Notes: a model not told the origin generated them from the letters alone. DNA of 63,952 nt, filler included, from Lama guanicoe (GCA_013239625.1; 169 parts of 169 records of this genome joined end to end with filler, not necessarily neighbours in it); one strand, 5' to 3'; positions 39,001 to 52,653 are shown, numbered from the whole stretch's first letter. A program made the numbers and translations.

Positions 39001-39658
39001 AAATACTCTTGGGAAACCTGCTGGATGTCACACATGAAAAGAATCTATGTAAGTGCAGTTACCTGGACGCAGGAGTCATGAAAACACGCCTCCTCGGGGC
39101 TCATCTAAGCACTGTGGGGAGCAGACTTAACGTCAGCATAGAATTCTGCCTCACCAGAGTAGGAGAAGCGTGACGGAGGTGGGTGTCCGTCCACGACTGG
39201 GGGTGGGGGGACGTCTGCCCATTGACTCAACACTCGTGTTTATTTAAAACATGTCCTGAACCTACACAGTATGCCTGAGNNNNNNNNNNNNNNNNNNNNN
39301 NNNNNNNNNNNNNNNNNNNNNNNTTAATTAATTAANNNNNNNNNNNNNNNNNNNNNNNNNNNNNNNNNNNNNNNNNNNNAAATACTCTTGGGAAACCTGC
39401 TGGATGTCACACATGAAAAGAATCTATGCAAGTGCAGTTACCTGGACGCAGGAGTCATGAAGACACACCTCCTTGGGGCTCATCTAAGCACTGTGGGAAG
39501 CAGATTTAACGTCAGCGTAGAATGCTGCCTCACCAGAGTAGGAGAAGCGTGACGGAGGTGGGTGTCCGCCCACGACTGGGGGTCGGGGGATGTCTGCCCA
39601 TTGACTCAGCACTCGTGTTTATTTAAAACATGTCCTGAACCTACACAGTATGCCTGAG
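39001..39658 (+). repeat. Two near-identical adjacent contigs (39001-39279 and 39380-39658)
   Basis: Both 279 bp, 12 substitutions, no indels, identical first and last 49 bp. Confidence 0.97.
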
Positions 39659-39758
39659 NNNNNNNNNNNNNNNNNNNNNNNNNNNNNNNNNNNNNNNNNN
39701 NNTTAATTAATTAANNNNNNNNNNNNNNNNNNNNNNNNNNNNNNNNNNNNNNNNNNNN

Positions 39759-40037
39759 TAATCTATGACAAAGGAGGCAAGAATATACAATGGAGAAAAG
39801 ACAGTCTATTTAATGGGTTGTGCTGGGGAAACTGGACAGCTACATGTAAAAGAATAAAATTAGAACATTCTCTAAAACCATAGACAAAAATAAACTTAAA
39901 ATGGATAAAAGATCTAACTATAAGATGAGATACTTTAAAACTCCTAGAGGAAAACATAGGCAGAACACCTTTTGATATAAATTGCAGCAATATTTTGGAG
40001 AGTTCATCTCTTAGAGTAATGGAAACAAAAGAAAAAA
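39759..40037 (+). mobile_element. LINE-1 ORF2 fragment (C-terminal half) with stops
   Basis: [57 protein letters not shown]. Confidence 0.92.
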
Positions 40038-41379
40038 NNNNNNNNNNNNNNNNNNNNNNNNNNNNNNNNNNNNNNNNNNNNTTAATTAATTAANNNNNNN
40101 NNNNNNNNNNNNNNNNNNNNNNNNNNNNNNNNNNNNNTTTCCAGTTTCAGGAAAGTTGCTATTCTTATCTCTTAGGGCTGTGAAGGCATTTACTGTTTCT
40201 GGCTTGACATTTGCTTTGTTTGATAAAAAAGCGACTAAGTGAATAAATAGAGTCCCCAGTGACCCAAGAACAGTCACTAATAAATCTTCTGAGTAATAAA
40301 ACTTGTTATAAAACAGTATGGCAACAATGGCTTCTTTGGAGACACTGTCCTTGGAGACAGGAGGATGCAGCAGATACAGGCCAGTAGGCAACACAATTTT
40401 ATAAAACACAATTTTANNNNNNNNNNNNNNNNNNNNNNNNNNNNNNNNNNNNNNNNNNNNTTAATTAATTAANNNNNNNNNNNNNNNNNNNNNNNNNNNN
40501 NNNNNNNNNNNNNNNNGCTGTTCCCTCCCCTCCACTCAGGCCTCCCAGGCTGCCAGGCTGCATTCTCTCAGCCAGATCTCCACCTGAGCTGCACTGAGGC
40601 CAGTGGATGGAGGGCAGTCCTCTCCTTTGGAACAGAATTCCTCCAACTTCAGGAGCACAGCAATGAGCTCCTTCATGGTCAGCATCTCTCATCTAAAATA
40701 TACTGGAATTCCCAGAACACACTACGAAGCAAGGGGCTTTTTTATGTTCAGCAAATGTTTGGATTATCTCTTATTAGTTGTGAAAGAAATGTTGTNNNNN
40801 NNNNNNNNNNNNNNNNNNNNNNNNNNNNNNNNNNNNNNNTTAATTAATTAANNNNNNNNNNNNNNNNNNNNNNNNNNNNNNNNNNNNNNNNNNNNGGGAC
40901 ACGGGGTCTGAGCTGAACCCATCAGATTCTCTACCTCAAGCACTGGGACTGGGACTGAGCCTAGCCAGGCTCTGTGTGGTTGCCTGGGACAATAGCCCAT
41001 AGATTCAGGGCAGACATTGTCCTGTGGACGGTAAAGCAGAGAAAGCTGGTCTGCAGAGGAAGTCGTAAAGCAAATACAGCAAGAGAAGCAGAAACCTGCC
41101 AAGGAAAGCTTGCTGATGGTTTCCAGCCCTGCTTCCGTCCTCCTCCTGAGGCCAAACCTCACCCCTCGTGTGGGNNNNNNNNNNNNNNNNNNNNNNNNNN
41201 NNNNNNNNNNNNNNNNNNTTAATTAATTAANNNNNNNNNNNNNNNNNNNNNNNNNNNNNNNNNNNNNNNNNNNNTTTTTTTTTTTTCCCTGTGAGGCTGA
41301 GTTGTTTATCCAGGGGCTAGAGGGAGGGCAGGTAGGCATCCGGCCACATGAAGCTGGGGACAGCTGCACACCTCCGCCA

Positions 41380-41553
41380 GTCGGGCCCTGACAGGTGGGG
41401 CCATGTGCTCCCGCCGCCCCAGGCCGGGGCGGGGTGCAGGCGCGCGCGGCGGGAGCCGGCGGAGGGCGGCTCGGCCCGATCCCCGGGAGCCAGGCGCGCC
41501 GCGCCGGCCGACGGAGGAGGAAGCCGGCGCCGACCAGCGGCGGGAGAGCTTTC
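41380..41553. promoter_or_regulatory. CpG-island edge (gene unknown)
   Basis: GC- and CpG-dense, with ggggcgggg GC box and gcgcgcg runs. Confidence 0.55.
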
Positions 41554-42983
41554 NNNNNNNNNNNNNNNNNNNNNNNNNNNNNNNNNNNNNNNNNNNNTTA
41601 ATTAATTAANNNNNNNNNNNNNNNNNNNNNNNNNNNNNNNNNNNNNNNNNNNNATGGCAACTTTAACCAAAGAGAGAACATAGCTAATGTAAGGCTATAC
41701 AATACACTAATTACAAAGAATTGGCAAAAAAACCAAATGCTACTCATCAAAACAGGTTTAAATGCATTTCCTCTTGATAACTATTGACTAGTTTGGGTGA
41801 GTTATATAAAAGAAATAAATGGCATTTATTTATAATAAATGGAAATAAAATGGCATTTCTTAATAAAATTATATATTTTAGGCGCTTTAATCTTAATTCA
41901 GTCTCAAACTGTACAATATAACTGGTCAAAACNNNNNNNNNNNNNNNNNNNNNNNNNNNNNNNNNNNNNNNNNNNNTTAATTAATTAANNNNNNNNNNNN
42001 NNNNNNNNNNNNNNNNNNNNNNNNNNNNNNNNATTGCAGGCTCTGTCTGGGTTTTGAACATACACCACTCACCTGCCCGGATTGAATTAGATGAGGAGGG
42101 GCTGATGCAGCCTGACGGCAATTTCTTGTCATTGAACAAAGTGTTCAAGTCAGGCTAACGGTAACCACGGACTTCCATCATCACGGCAAGAGGCTGGAGA
42201 ACACGCCTATAATCCAAATAATTGCTGACTTATCTCGTAGTTAAATGCATGGGAAGATGGTTAAGACTGTCATTTCTAAAGGGCGTCTGACACTTGCGAT
42301 ATTAACATGATNNNNNNNNNNNNNNNNNNNNNNNNNNNNNNNNNNNNNNNNNNNNTTAATTAATTAANNNNNNNNNNNNNNNNNNNNNNNNNNNNNNNNN
42401 NNNNNNNNNNNAAAAAAAAAGTAAATATAATTGATACTTATTATATGAAAATTATCAGTGTCAGGAGAAAGCAAATAAAATATGTTTATAAAATTACATT
42501 ATGTATATGTTTATAGGAAATCCACATTCATCTCACAAAATACATTGTTTATAAGGTTGTGAGCTTCTAATATCCTACTCCGTCCCCACATACATGTCTT
42601 TCTTATGTCAGAAATACTGAACTACAGTTAGGAAAACATATTTTAAATAAATGGAATCAGAAGTTATATAATCTTGTTTAGATGCACTGTNNNNNNNNNN
42701 NNNNNNNNNNNNNNNNNNNNNNNNNNNNNNNNNNTTAATTAATTAANNNNNNNNNNNNNNNNNNNNNNNNNNNNNNNNNNNNNNNNNNNNCTTACCCTGA
42801 AGTACATTACAAGGACATTTACAAATTGCACTTTTATTTCCTGTCTTTTTATTTCAAAAGCATGGCCATGTTGGCAGTTTTCGCACTGTCACATTTTCTT
42901 CTCCATCACCCCGTATACCAATGCTACCCTTATTTCTTTCTTTATGATTTTTTAAGCAATATCTTATATGACTTGTGTAATTC

Positions 42984-43069
42984 TGTAATTGAGTCCAAGC
43001 TCCTACTGCTTGCCACTTGACAGGCCAATAAATTGGGAGATGAGGTGTCGAGGCAAAAAATAATGACTT
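42984..43069 (-). mobile_element. ERV LTR terminus fragment
   Basis: tgtaattgagtccaagctcctactgcttgccac...acaggccaataaattgggagatgaggtg...ggcaa resembles a cetartiodactyl ERV1 LTR end. Confidence 0.5.
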
Positions 43070-43934
43070 NNNNNNNNNNNNNNNNNNNNNNNNNNNNNNN
43101 NNNNNNNNNNNNNTTAATTAATTAANNNNNNNNNNNNNNNNNNNNNNNNNNNNNNNNNNNNNNNNNNNNAAACTGGCATTTGAATCCTGAAATGAGTTGT
43201 TTTCTTCACTTCAATATAAGCTGTAGACTATTTTTTACTCTTCCTAAGCCTTTCCTTTTCACTGTCTTTTGTAAGCGGACTGCTTATAACGTCAAAGGTA
43301 AGGCCAGGGGGAGATTCCTAACATGGCGGTGGGGGTTGGGCATTCCAGGGCCAACGAGTCAGGGCAGAGCCAGGAGCGCGGGGACCGAACACGGAACGCT
43401 CCCTCTGAGAACAGTTCAGTCGGCCGGATGGGCATCTGGAGACAGCGCNNNNNNNNNNNNNNNNNNNNNNNNNNNNNNNNNNNNNNNNNNNNTTAATTAA
43501 TTAANNNNNNNNNNNNNNNNNNNNNNNNNNNNNNNNNNNNNNNNNNNNACAGTGCCCGGTGTGGGGAGAGGTCATGGGACACTCCTGGGGCAGGGGCGGT
43601 GGTGTTGGGGAAGGCAGGGGATGCAGTGAAGGGAGGAAGGAGCAGGGTCACTTGCGTGGGAGTGAGAGTTCTTGGGGAGACCACAGAGCATGGCACACAC
43701 CATCCCGACCCCATATCCCAAATTCCTAGCCCCGCCAACACAGGTGCTGCTCTGCACCCTCTCACCGTGGCTCTCCTATAAGACCGCACCCAACCCGGCA
43801 GCTGGCACCCTGCCCTACCTCCCGTCTNNNNNNNNNNNNNNNNNNNNNNNNNNNNNNNNNNNNNNNNNNNNTTAATTAATTAANNNNNNNNNNNNNNNNN
43901 NNNNNNNNNNNNNNNNNNNNNNNNNNNTAACACA

Positions 43935-44165
43935 GGGTCATGACACATACACAACATGGTGACTAAGTAACACTAACACCCAAAACATCTGATGTTACTA
44001 ACAGAGTAGAGTCTTAGCACAAAAAAAGCATGTGAATATAAATAATGAAAGTTAGCTAAACTTACTGTAGTAATCATTTCATTATATATATAAAAATACC
44101 AAGTCATTATGTTGTTTACCCTAACCTAATATATAGTTATATGTCTACTGTATCTCAATATAAAG
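43935..44165 (+). mobile_element. LINE-1 3' UTR terminus
   Basis: acaacatggtgact...gtagtaatcatttc...aagtcattatgttgtttaccctaacctaat...tgtatctcaata. Confidence 0.7.
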
Positions 44166-46580
44166 CAAACAAGAGCACTGTGCAATTTGGGATAATGTGA
44201 AAATTTNNNNNNNNNNNNNNNNNNNNNNNNNNNNNNNNNNNNNNNNNNNNTTAATTAATTAANNNNNNNNNNNNNNNNNNNNNNNNNNNNNNNNNNNNNN
44301 NNNNNNGGAGCCGGATGGTTTTCCTGGGGAAAAAAGAAATGAAGGTCCTTTGAGCGAAAGTGAAATTTCCCTTCTTATTTGGAGCAAGAGGCAGCCCCAA
44401 ATCTGAGCACGAGTGTGCCGGGGGTGGAATCCCACCTGGGCTTCTCCGGAAGGAGCACAGGCAGCTGAGCCAGAGGACCAGAGGCGCAGAGCCTTCCTGG
44501 TTTGCTGTTAGTCCTATACTTCTCAGGGTCCAGAGACCTCTCTCATCCGAGGCTCTAAGACTTATGTGCTTGGAATGGATCCTGGNNNNNNNNNNNNNNN
44601 NNNNNNNNNNNNNNNNNNNNNNNNNNNNNTTAATTAATTAANNNNNNNNNNNNNNNNNNNNNNNNNNNNNNNNNNNNNNNNNNNNCCCCCCCCCCATTTT
44701 CAGTTCCACTCTCTAACTCCTCTGCCTCAGGACTACAATGATACGGATGTTAGCTCTTATTCTGTTGTTCTACAGACCCCAAAACTGTTCTCTCTTTTTA
44801 CTCTGTTTTCCCTCTGTTGCTTAGATTGGTAAATTCCATTAGTCTGTCCCCATTTTCACTGATTCTGTCCTCTGGCATCTCCACTCTACTTTTGAGCCCA
44901 TCAGTGAGTTTTTAATTTCGGTTATTGTATTTTTCACTTCTATGACTTCCATTTGGTTCTTTTTNNNNNNNNNNNNNNNNNNNNNNNNNNNNNNNNNNNN
45001 NNNNNNNNTTAATTAATTAANNNNNNNNNNNNNNNNNNNNNNNNNNNNNNNNNNNNNNNNNNNNTGATGTATGAATCATGGAGAGAAATTTGTTAAAATC
45101 TACAATGATGATTATCTATTTTTTTTTAGTTTTGCCAGTTTTTGCTAATGAATTTTGGAGTTCTGTTATTGGATACATACGTATTTACTATCAGTAAATT
45201 TTCTTTTAGATTGACCCTCTTATTATTAAGCATTGTCCCTCTTTGTCCCCAGTAACGCCCCATGTCTTAATGTTTACTTTTCGCATGTCTTTTCTCCAAT
45301 TCCCTTCCTTTCAGTGTATCTGTGTCTTTGTATTTCACATTGTNNNNNNNNNNNNNNNNNNNNNNNNNNNNNNNNNNNNNNNNNNNNTTAATTAATTAAN
45401 NNNNNNNNNNNNNNNNNNNNNNNNNNNNNNNNNNNNNNNNNNNGACTTCTTTTGACAGGTACTATTACTAATTATGATGATGGGGATTGTTAGTCCTCAT
45501 GCCACAATGATTTCCAGAGGGGCAAAATTCATGTTTTATACAACTATTTTCCCTTAAAGTCCACAGCACTATTAAAAGATAATGCAGATAAAACAAAACC
45601 AGTGGATTCTTGTGTTTTAATTTGATTGTCATTGATACTAATTCAGCTAGGTCATTTCATTAAAAACTTCTACACATTACTAAATAAAATATAGAAAGCC
45701 AAAAACATTAATGGAAGCAAATNNNNNNNNNNNNNNNNNNNNNNNNNNNNNNNNNNNNNNNNNNNNTTAATTAATTAANNNNNNNNNNNNNNNNNNNNNN
45801 NNNNNNNNNNNNNNNNNNNNNNTATCAAAATTCATCAAAGTGTACATCTGAAATATGTATAGTTTACTGTACAGGAACCATATCACAATAAAGGTGTTAA
45901 AAAAAACTGAAAAGCAAAATAATCTGATGCTGAGGGAGAGGTGGGATGGACAAAAAACATGGATATAGAATTCATAAAGAAGAATACTAAGGGCCAATAA
46001 ACATATGGAGTGATGTTCAATTTCACTAGTACTTACGAAAATATAAGTTAAAATACAATGGGATACGATTTTTGCCCATCAAATTAGCAAAAAAAAAAAA
46101 ANNNNNNNNNNNNNNNNNNNNNNNNNNNNNNNNNNNNNNNNNNNNTTAATTAATTAANNNNNNNNNNNNNNNNNNNNNNNNNNNNNNNNNNNNNNNNNNN
46201 NGCATTTCTCCCAGAGCACTAAAAAAGCATTTCTGGAATCCTTACAAAGGAAACGATGAGCTATTGAAATTGTAATATTTTTGAACTGGAATGGAAATGA
46301 CAAATCACTTCCAAACCCTTCACTGCCTAGATGCGAAATGTGAGGTGGAGAGGAGAGGGATAAGTCAGAAATCATAACTGGCTGGGTAACTTTAAACTCC
46401 TATGGCAGCAGTTGATAATCTGATTGATGGAAAGGTTAAAGTCACCATCATTAGTGAATGACCAGAGTGGAGGTAATAAANNNNNNNNNNNNNNNNNNNN
46501 NNNNNNNNNNNNNNNNNNNNNNNNTTAATTAATTAANNNNNNNNNNNNNNNNNNNNNNNNNNNNNNNNNNNNNNNNNNNN

Positions 46581-46859
46581 ATATATATATAACAGAGACA
46601 GAATCAAAGACATAGAATACAAACTTCTGGTCCAAGGGAATGAGGGTGGGAATGGACTGGGATAGCAAAATGTAGAAAATATATCCAAGACTGTACTGTG
46701 TATCACAGGGAAATATTTACAAGATTTTGTGCTGGCTGACAATGAAGATAAGTGACAATGAATGTATATAAGCTCATGCATAACAGAAAAACTGTGCTCT
46801 ACACTGGAATATGAAACAAAATTGTAAAATGATTATGAATCAATGAAAACTTAAAAAAA
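46581..46859 (+). mobile_element. LINE-1 3' terminus with A-tail (lineage-young type)
   Basis: agacatagaatacaaactt...actgtgtatcacagggaaatatttacaagat...aaaaactgtgctctacactggaa...aaattgtaaaatgattat...aaaaaaa. Confidence 0.8.
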
Positions 46860-48610
46860 NNNNNNNNNNNNNNNNNNNNNNNNNNNNNNNNNNNNNNNNN
46901 NNNTTAATTAATTAANNNNNNNNNNNNNNNNNNNNNNNNNNNNNNNNNNNNNNNNNNNNTCAGACTGCGGCCGAGAGGGCGGGACACGGCAGGTAGGGCC
47001 TGCGAGCGACAACCACACCGTCACAGAGCCCGGGGGTCGGGCGTGGTGCCAAGCCCGAAGGGAACGACGTAATTATTCCCCTCAAGGAGCTGATAGTTTA
47101 GTGAGAGAGAAAAATGTCAAGAAATACAATTAATTTTTTTTTAGGTTACCCCCCATTAGGGCAGGACAGGATGGGAGTGTTGAGTGCCTTGATTGCCCGG
47201 TCTCACTTACCGCCGTGTCACCCGCCTGTTCACCCGCCNNNNNNNNNNNNNNNNNNNNNNNNNNNNNNNNNNNNNNNNNNNNTTAATTAATTAANNNNNN
47301 NNNNNNNNNNNNNNNNNNNNNNNNNNNNNNNNNNNNNNTTTTTTCTAAGTGACATTAAAATCATAAAGCGTGAGAAAGGGGATCAAGAAAGTATAGTTTT
47401 TTTCTACCTTCTTTTTTCTTTTTTTTCCCTTTGTTCTTTTTAGAACATGTTTGAGCCTACATGACTACCAGTCTAAAGCAAATAGATACAATAATGGGTT
47501 AACATATTTGAAAAACAGAGTAATGACAAATCAGAAGCATACAGTAGAGTCACAAAAACCAAAAAGAAATCAAAATAATACAAAAGAAAATTATCAAACC
47601 ACAAAAAGAGAAAGAAANNNNNNNNNNNNNNNNNNNNNNNNNNNNNNNNNNNNNNNNNNNNTTAATTAATTAANNNNNNNNNNNNNNNNNNNNNNNNNNN
47701 NNNNNNNNNNNNNNNNNATTTGTCTACATGTACACATTAACAATGAATAATCTCAAGAATTTAAGAGAATTGTATTTCACATAATGTCAATATTACTAAA
47801 ATAATTAAGAATAAATTTAATCCAGGTACAAGACTAATAAATTGAAATGTAAAAGACATCACTAGAAGAAATGAAATAAAACCTTAAAAAAAGGAAGACA
47901 TCCCATGTTGGTAACAAAACTAAATATGGCAGGAGTGCCCAAAGCGATTTAGGGAGTCAACGTAATTTCTATGACAATTTTGGAATAAACACAGAANNNN
48001 NNNNNNNNNNNNNNNNNNNNNNNNNNNNNNNNNNNNNNNNTTAATTAATTAANNNNNNNNNNNNNNNNNNNNNNNNNNNNNNNNNNNNNNNNNNNNGCAG
48101 AATCATACTTTAACATCAAGTATCCTAACTTCTGGAAGGCAGCCGACAAACATCGACTTCTCAGACAATCAACAAACAAGAAAGTAGGAAACATGATGTT
48201 AAGGCCACGCATCCAACACTGTGAAAGAGAATATCGTTTTGATTTCCACCACAATTCCAGACAAGCTTCCTACATCCTCCAGTGTATGTAGCTGGAACGT
48301 AACAGGCATGTAACCCACCCCTTTGTGAGTCTCAGCTAAGGACACTGTCTTCCAAGAGGTCCCTAGGAATGGCAGNNNNNNNNNNNNNNNNNNNNNNNNN
48401 NNNNNNNNNNNNNNNNNNNTTAATTAATTAANNNNNNNNNNNNNNNNNNNNNNNNNNNNNNNNNNNNNNNNNNNNGGCTGAAGCATTTTCTTGAAGGAAA
48501 ACCTGGTCGTGGTTGGGCTATGTATGAAGACAGTGGGCAAAAGGAAAATAAACAGTACTGCATATGGTATCTGGATCTACAGTCTTCAGATATTTTAGAT
48601 TAGCATCTCA

Positions 48611-48695
48611 TTTCTTTGTTTGAATGGAGGTCCCGGCGATGGAACTCCTGCATCCAAAGCATGCCATCCATCTACCAATCAGCTACATCCTTCCC
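48611..48695 (-). mobile_element. Diverged vic-1-like SINE copy
   Basis: tttgaatggaggtcccggcgatggaac...aagcatg...tctaccaatcagctacatccttccc aligns by eye to 30340-30416. Confidence 0.5.
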
Positions 48696-50373
48696 TGGCC
48701 CCACAGTAGCTTTTAAGCACAGGGATAAGAAAAGTCAAACTCCATGAATGTTCANNNNNNNNNNNNNNNNNNNNNNNNNNNNNNNNNNNNNNNNNNNNTT
48801 AATTAATTAANNNNNNNNNNNNNNNNNNNNNNNNNNNNNNNNNNNNNNNNNNNNTTTCCAAAAATGAATTTGTCAGTCAGTCTGGAACTTTGAACATTTT
48901 CTTATAGGAAACCCATACAAATACCGCATGAGCCCAGACTGTACCATACCGGCACATTTAACCCATTATTAGACTTTCTGATTTTTTTTTCTGATTTCTT
49001 GCGATGATTCTGTCTTAATCTTTTTTTAATATGAATCAAAATATGAACTGTTTCATAGCCTGTGCATGTTGAATATAACAGACAAGTTACTGAGCTTTGA
49101 AACATGCTCTGTGCTACGTGATTATACATTTGATNNNNNNNNNNNNNNNNNNNNNNNNNNNNNNNNNNNNNNNNNNNNTTAATTAATTAANNNNNNNNNN
49201 NNNNNNNNNNNNNNNNNNNNNNNNNNNNNNNNNNTCTGAGATGATACGGCACCTTAAGTCCCAGAGAAGAGGTGAGAGGAGGACTGCAGGAGGAGAGAAG
49301 GTATATGACGAACTTGGCCAGAAAATGGTTCTAGGTTGTCTAGCACACCCGCTCTTCTCTCTCGCAGATGGGCAGTGCACCTGCAGCAGGACAGACATGA
49401 GGTGGGTGGGTCCTAGGGGCTCCTGGGCCACTATCATGCTGTTTCCCAATTCTGCAACTTTTGACCACATTTGTGTTCAAAACCTCCTCCCAATTTCCTT
49501 CTTCCTGTACTGGGNNNNNNNNNNNNNNNNNNNNNNNNNNNNNNNNNNNNNNNNNNNNTTAATTAATTAANNNNNNNNNNNNNNNNNNNNNNNNNNNNNN
49601 NNNNNNNNNNNNNNAAGGATGACTGAGGACCACCAGACAGCTGAGGCCACCTCACAGCAAGAAGGTGAATGTCCACAACCAGTTGCCTGGGAGGTACAGA
49701 AAGAATTCAGGAAGAAAAGAAAGCTTTTTAAAAATTCTTATTAGTATCCTCTGAGAGACTTAAGAAAATATTTTACCTATAAAGCAAAAACAGGCCGGTA
49801 TGAAAAGAAGCAGTCAATGAATAAGAAAGAATTCATGAAAAGAAAAAAATTTATATATATGTATGTGTGCATGTGTATGTGTGTGTGTGTGTGTNNNNNN
49901 NNNNNNNNNNNNNNNNNNNNNNNNNNNNNNNNNNNNNNTTAATTAATTAANNNNNNNNNNNNNNNNNNNNNNNNNNNNNNNNNNNNNNNNNNNNCCAATT
50001 TATCCCTCCCCTCTTTGATAAGGCCTTTCTAAACATGAAAATTCCTAGATTATAAAAAGGGGAAAGTAACTACATAAAATAATAAGCTTCTGTGGTCAAA
50101 AGCTACAAACTTCCAGTTATAAGATAAGTAAGTCCTGGGGATGTAATACATTACAGCATGGTGACCATAGTTAACAATGTATTATATTCTGGAAGTTGGG
50201 AAGAAAATAGATCTTAAAACTTCTCATCACAAGAAAAAAATTGTAATTACGTGTGGTGATGGATGTTAACTAANNNNNNNNNNNNNNNNNNNNNNNNNNN
50301 NNNNNNNNNNNNNNNNNTTAATTAATTAANNNNNNNNNNNNNNNNNNNNNNNNNNNNNNNNNNNNNNNNNNNN

Positions 50374-50428
50374 CTCTGTGCACGCTAACCACACACTCAA
50401 CCGCTGAGCTCTACCCGCCTCCACCTCC
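50374..50428 (-). mobile_element. vic-1-like SINE 5' part
   Basis: gtgcacgctaaccacacactcaaccgctgagctctacccgcctcc. Confidence 0.55.
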
Positions 50429-52273
50429 CCATGACTATTCTCATACACATTTTTCCCGTTGTTATTTCTTCAGTACAATTTCCCAGGAGTGGAATTACTG
50501 GGTCAAGAATACGAACGTTATAATAACCCAATACATATCACTATATTGCTTTTCAAGATTATAGTCGATAGATGGATCTACTTGATTCCCCAGGAGCCAC
50601 TTGGTAGTCATCCTGGTGCTCCCATTGTCTTAAAAATATGGACAGTCAAATCTNNNNNNNNNNNNNNNNNNNNNNNNNNNNNNNNNNNNNNNNNNNNTTA
50701 ATTAATTAANNNNNNNNNNNNNNNNNNNNNNNNNNNNNNNNNNNNNNNNNNNNGGGCCTAGTATTCTCAGCACGATGCACTTGAGATAAAAACTGTCCTG
50801 TGACTGGAGGCTGGATGCAAGATGGAGTCTCCCAACTCTCAGATATACTCATCTGGAATTCAGCCTCCTCTGGAGAGATGAGAAATACTGGCAGACTGCC
50901 CTCCTGGGGAGATAATGTAGCCCTTGACTATGAGGAGAGGGAGCTCTGTGTTCTTGGCTGCTCCTGTCTGGATTGGAGTTTCTGTCACACTGTGTGCAAG
51001 ATGGAGAGAGTATGGGTGGTGGGGGGCTGGAGTNNNNNNNNNNNNNNNNNNNNNNNNNNNNNNNNNNNNNNNNNNNNTTAATTAATTAANNNNNNNNNNN
51101 NNNNNNNNNNNNNNNNNNNNNNNNNNNNNNNNNTGAGTTAATTTTATGAGTGGTGTAAGATAGGGTTCTAGTTCCATTCTTTCACATGTGAATATTTTTG
51201 CTTTGGTTTTATCATGAGAAGATGTTAGGTTTTTGTCAGACTCCTTTTTTATGAGTCTGTTGAAGTGATTATGTGGATTTTGCCCTTTATTTGATTAATA
51301 TGGTGATTGACTGATTTTTTAAAAATGTTAAACCAATCTTGTACTCCTGTGATAATCTCAATCAATCACAGTATATGATCCTTTTTATATGTTGTTGGAT
51401 TTGGTTTGATGGTNNNNNNNNNNNNNNNNNNNNNNNNNNNNNNNNNNNNNNNNNNNNTTAATTAATTAANNNNNNNNNNNNNNNNNNNNNNNNNNNNNNN
51501 NNNNNNNNNNNNNTTTTATTTTCTCCTACTGGTATCAGCACCTCAGGCAGCTGTAATATTAATCATTGCTGATAAATTTTTCTGTAAGAATGTCCAAGGG
51601 ATAGGCTTTTCCCCACTGAGTATGCTCTGAGTCAGGCCATAACAGCAAGCCCTACAAACGGGGCTTTTCCAGGGGGCTGTCGCACAGGTGAAGTAGTGAT
51701 GATTCTCTGAGCTTGGGTCTGTAAGAGGAGCTCCAAAGCCAGATGTTCCCTTCCAGGGGCTGCTGGCTGCTGTTTCCATGACTACCACAGATANNNNNNN
51801 NNNNNNNNNNNNNNNNNNNNNNNNNNNNNNNNNNNNNTTAATTAATTAANNNNNNNNNNNNNNNNNNNNNNNNNNNNNNNNNNNNNNNNNNNNTAGGACA
51901 CTCGTATTTGAACAACTTTAAAATCTTGGTTAAAAAATGGGTTTCCAATTTATATTCTCCTTCACACTCTAAAAGCTTTTTAAAAACACTGCACTAGAAT
52001 ATTTCCCTGAGAGCATTTTAATGGGACCGTTTTCCTGTTCTCCATGGTTACTGTGGATGGTTCTTAGTCTCTTTAATGATTCCTGGAAAAGCCTACGCAG
52101 TTATTAATTTTTCAGACAGACTGACCATTCTTAGGGAGCGAGCACTAATGTCTGGTGTCTGTTCCAAGCATGANNNNNNNNNNNNNNNNNNNNNNNNNNN
52201 NNNNNNNNNNNNNNNNNTTAATTAATTAANNNNNNNNNNNNNNNNNNNNNNNNNNNNNNNNNNNNNNNNNNNN

Positions 52274-52553
52274 AGAATTCCCTCTGTCCAGGGACGGCAG
52301 AAAGCTTTCTCCACCTGTGTGTGGCATATCACAGTGGTAACACTTTACTATGGAAGCTCCATCTTCATCTATGTCCATCCAAAAAAGGGCAATGTGATGA
52401 ATGTTAACAAATTTGCCACAGTACTGAATACCATTGTAACACCAATGCTGAATCCTTTTATCTACAGTCTTCGAAATGAGAAAGTTAAAGATTCCCTGAG
52501 GGATGCCTTCAATAAATATGTAGGCATGGTAACAAATTTAAGATCTTTAAGAT
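52274..52553 (+). CDS. Olfactory receptor (class II, OR6-family-like), TM6-TM7 and C-tail, partial and open
   Basis: RIPSVQGRQKAFSTCVWHITVVTLYYGSSIFIYVHP...NKFATVLNTIVTPMLNPFIYSLRNEKVKDSL, with KAFSTCxxH and PMLNPFIYSLRN motifs. Confidence 0.93.
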
Positions 52554-52653
52554 NNNNNNNNNNNNNNNNNNNNNNNNNNNNNNNNNNNNNNNNNNNNTTA
52601 ATTAATTAANNNNNNNNNNNNNNNNNNNNNNNNNNNNNNNNNNNNNNNNNNNN

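Noticed and set aside
43549..43827. TATA-like cctataaga with E-boxes as a core promoter
   Set aside because: No downstream exon is visible and such short motifs are expected by chance.
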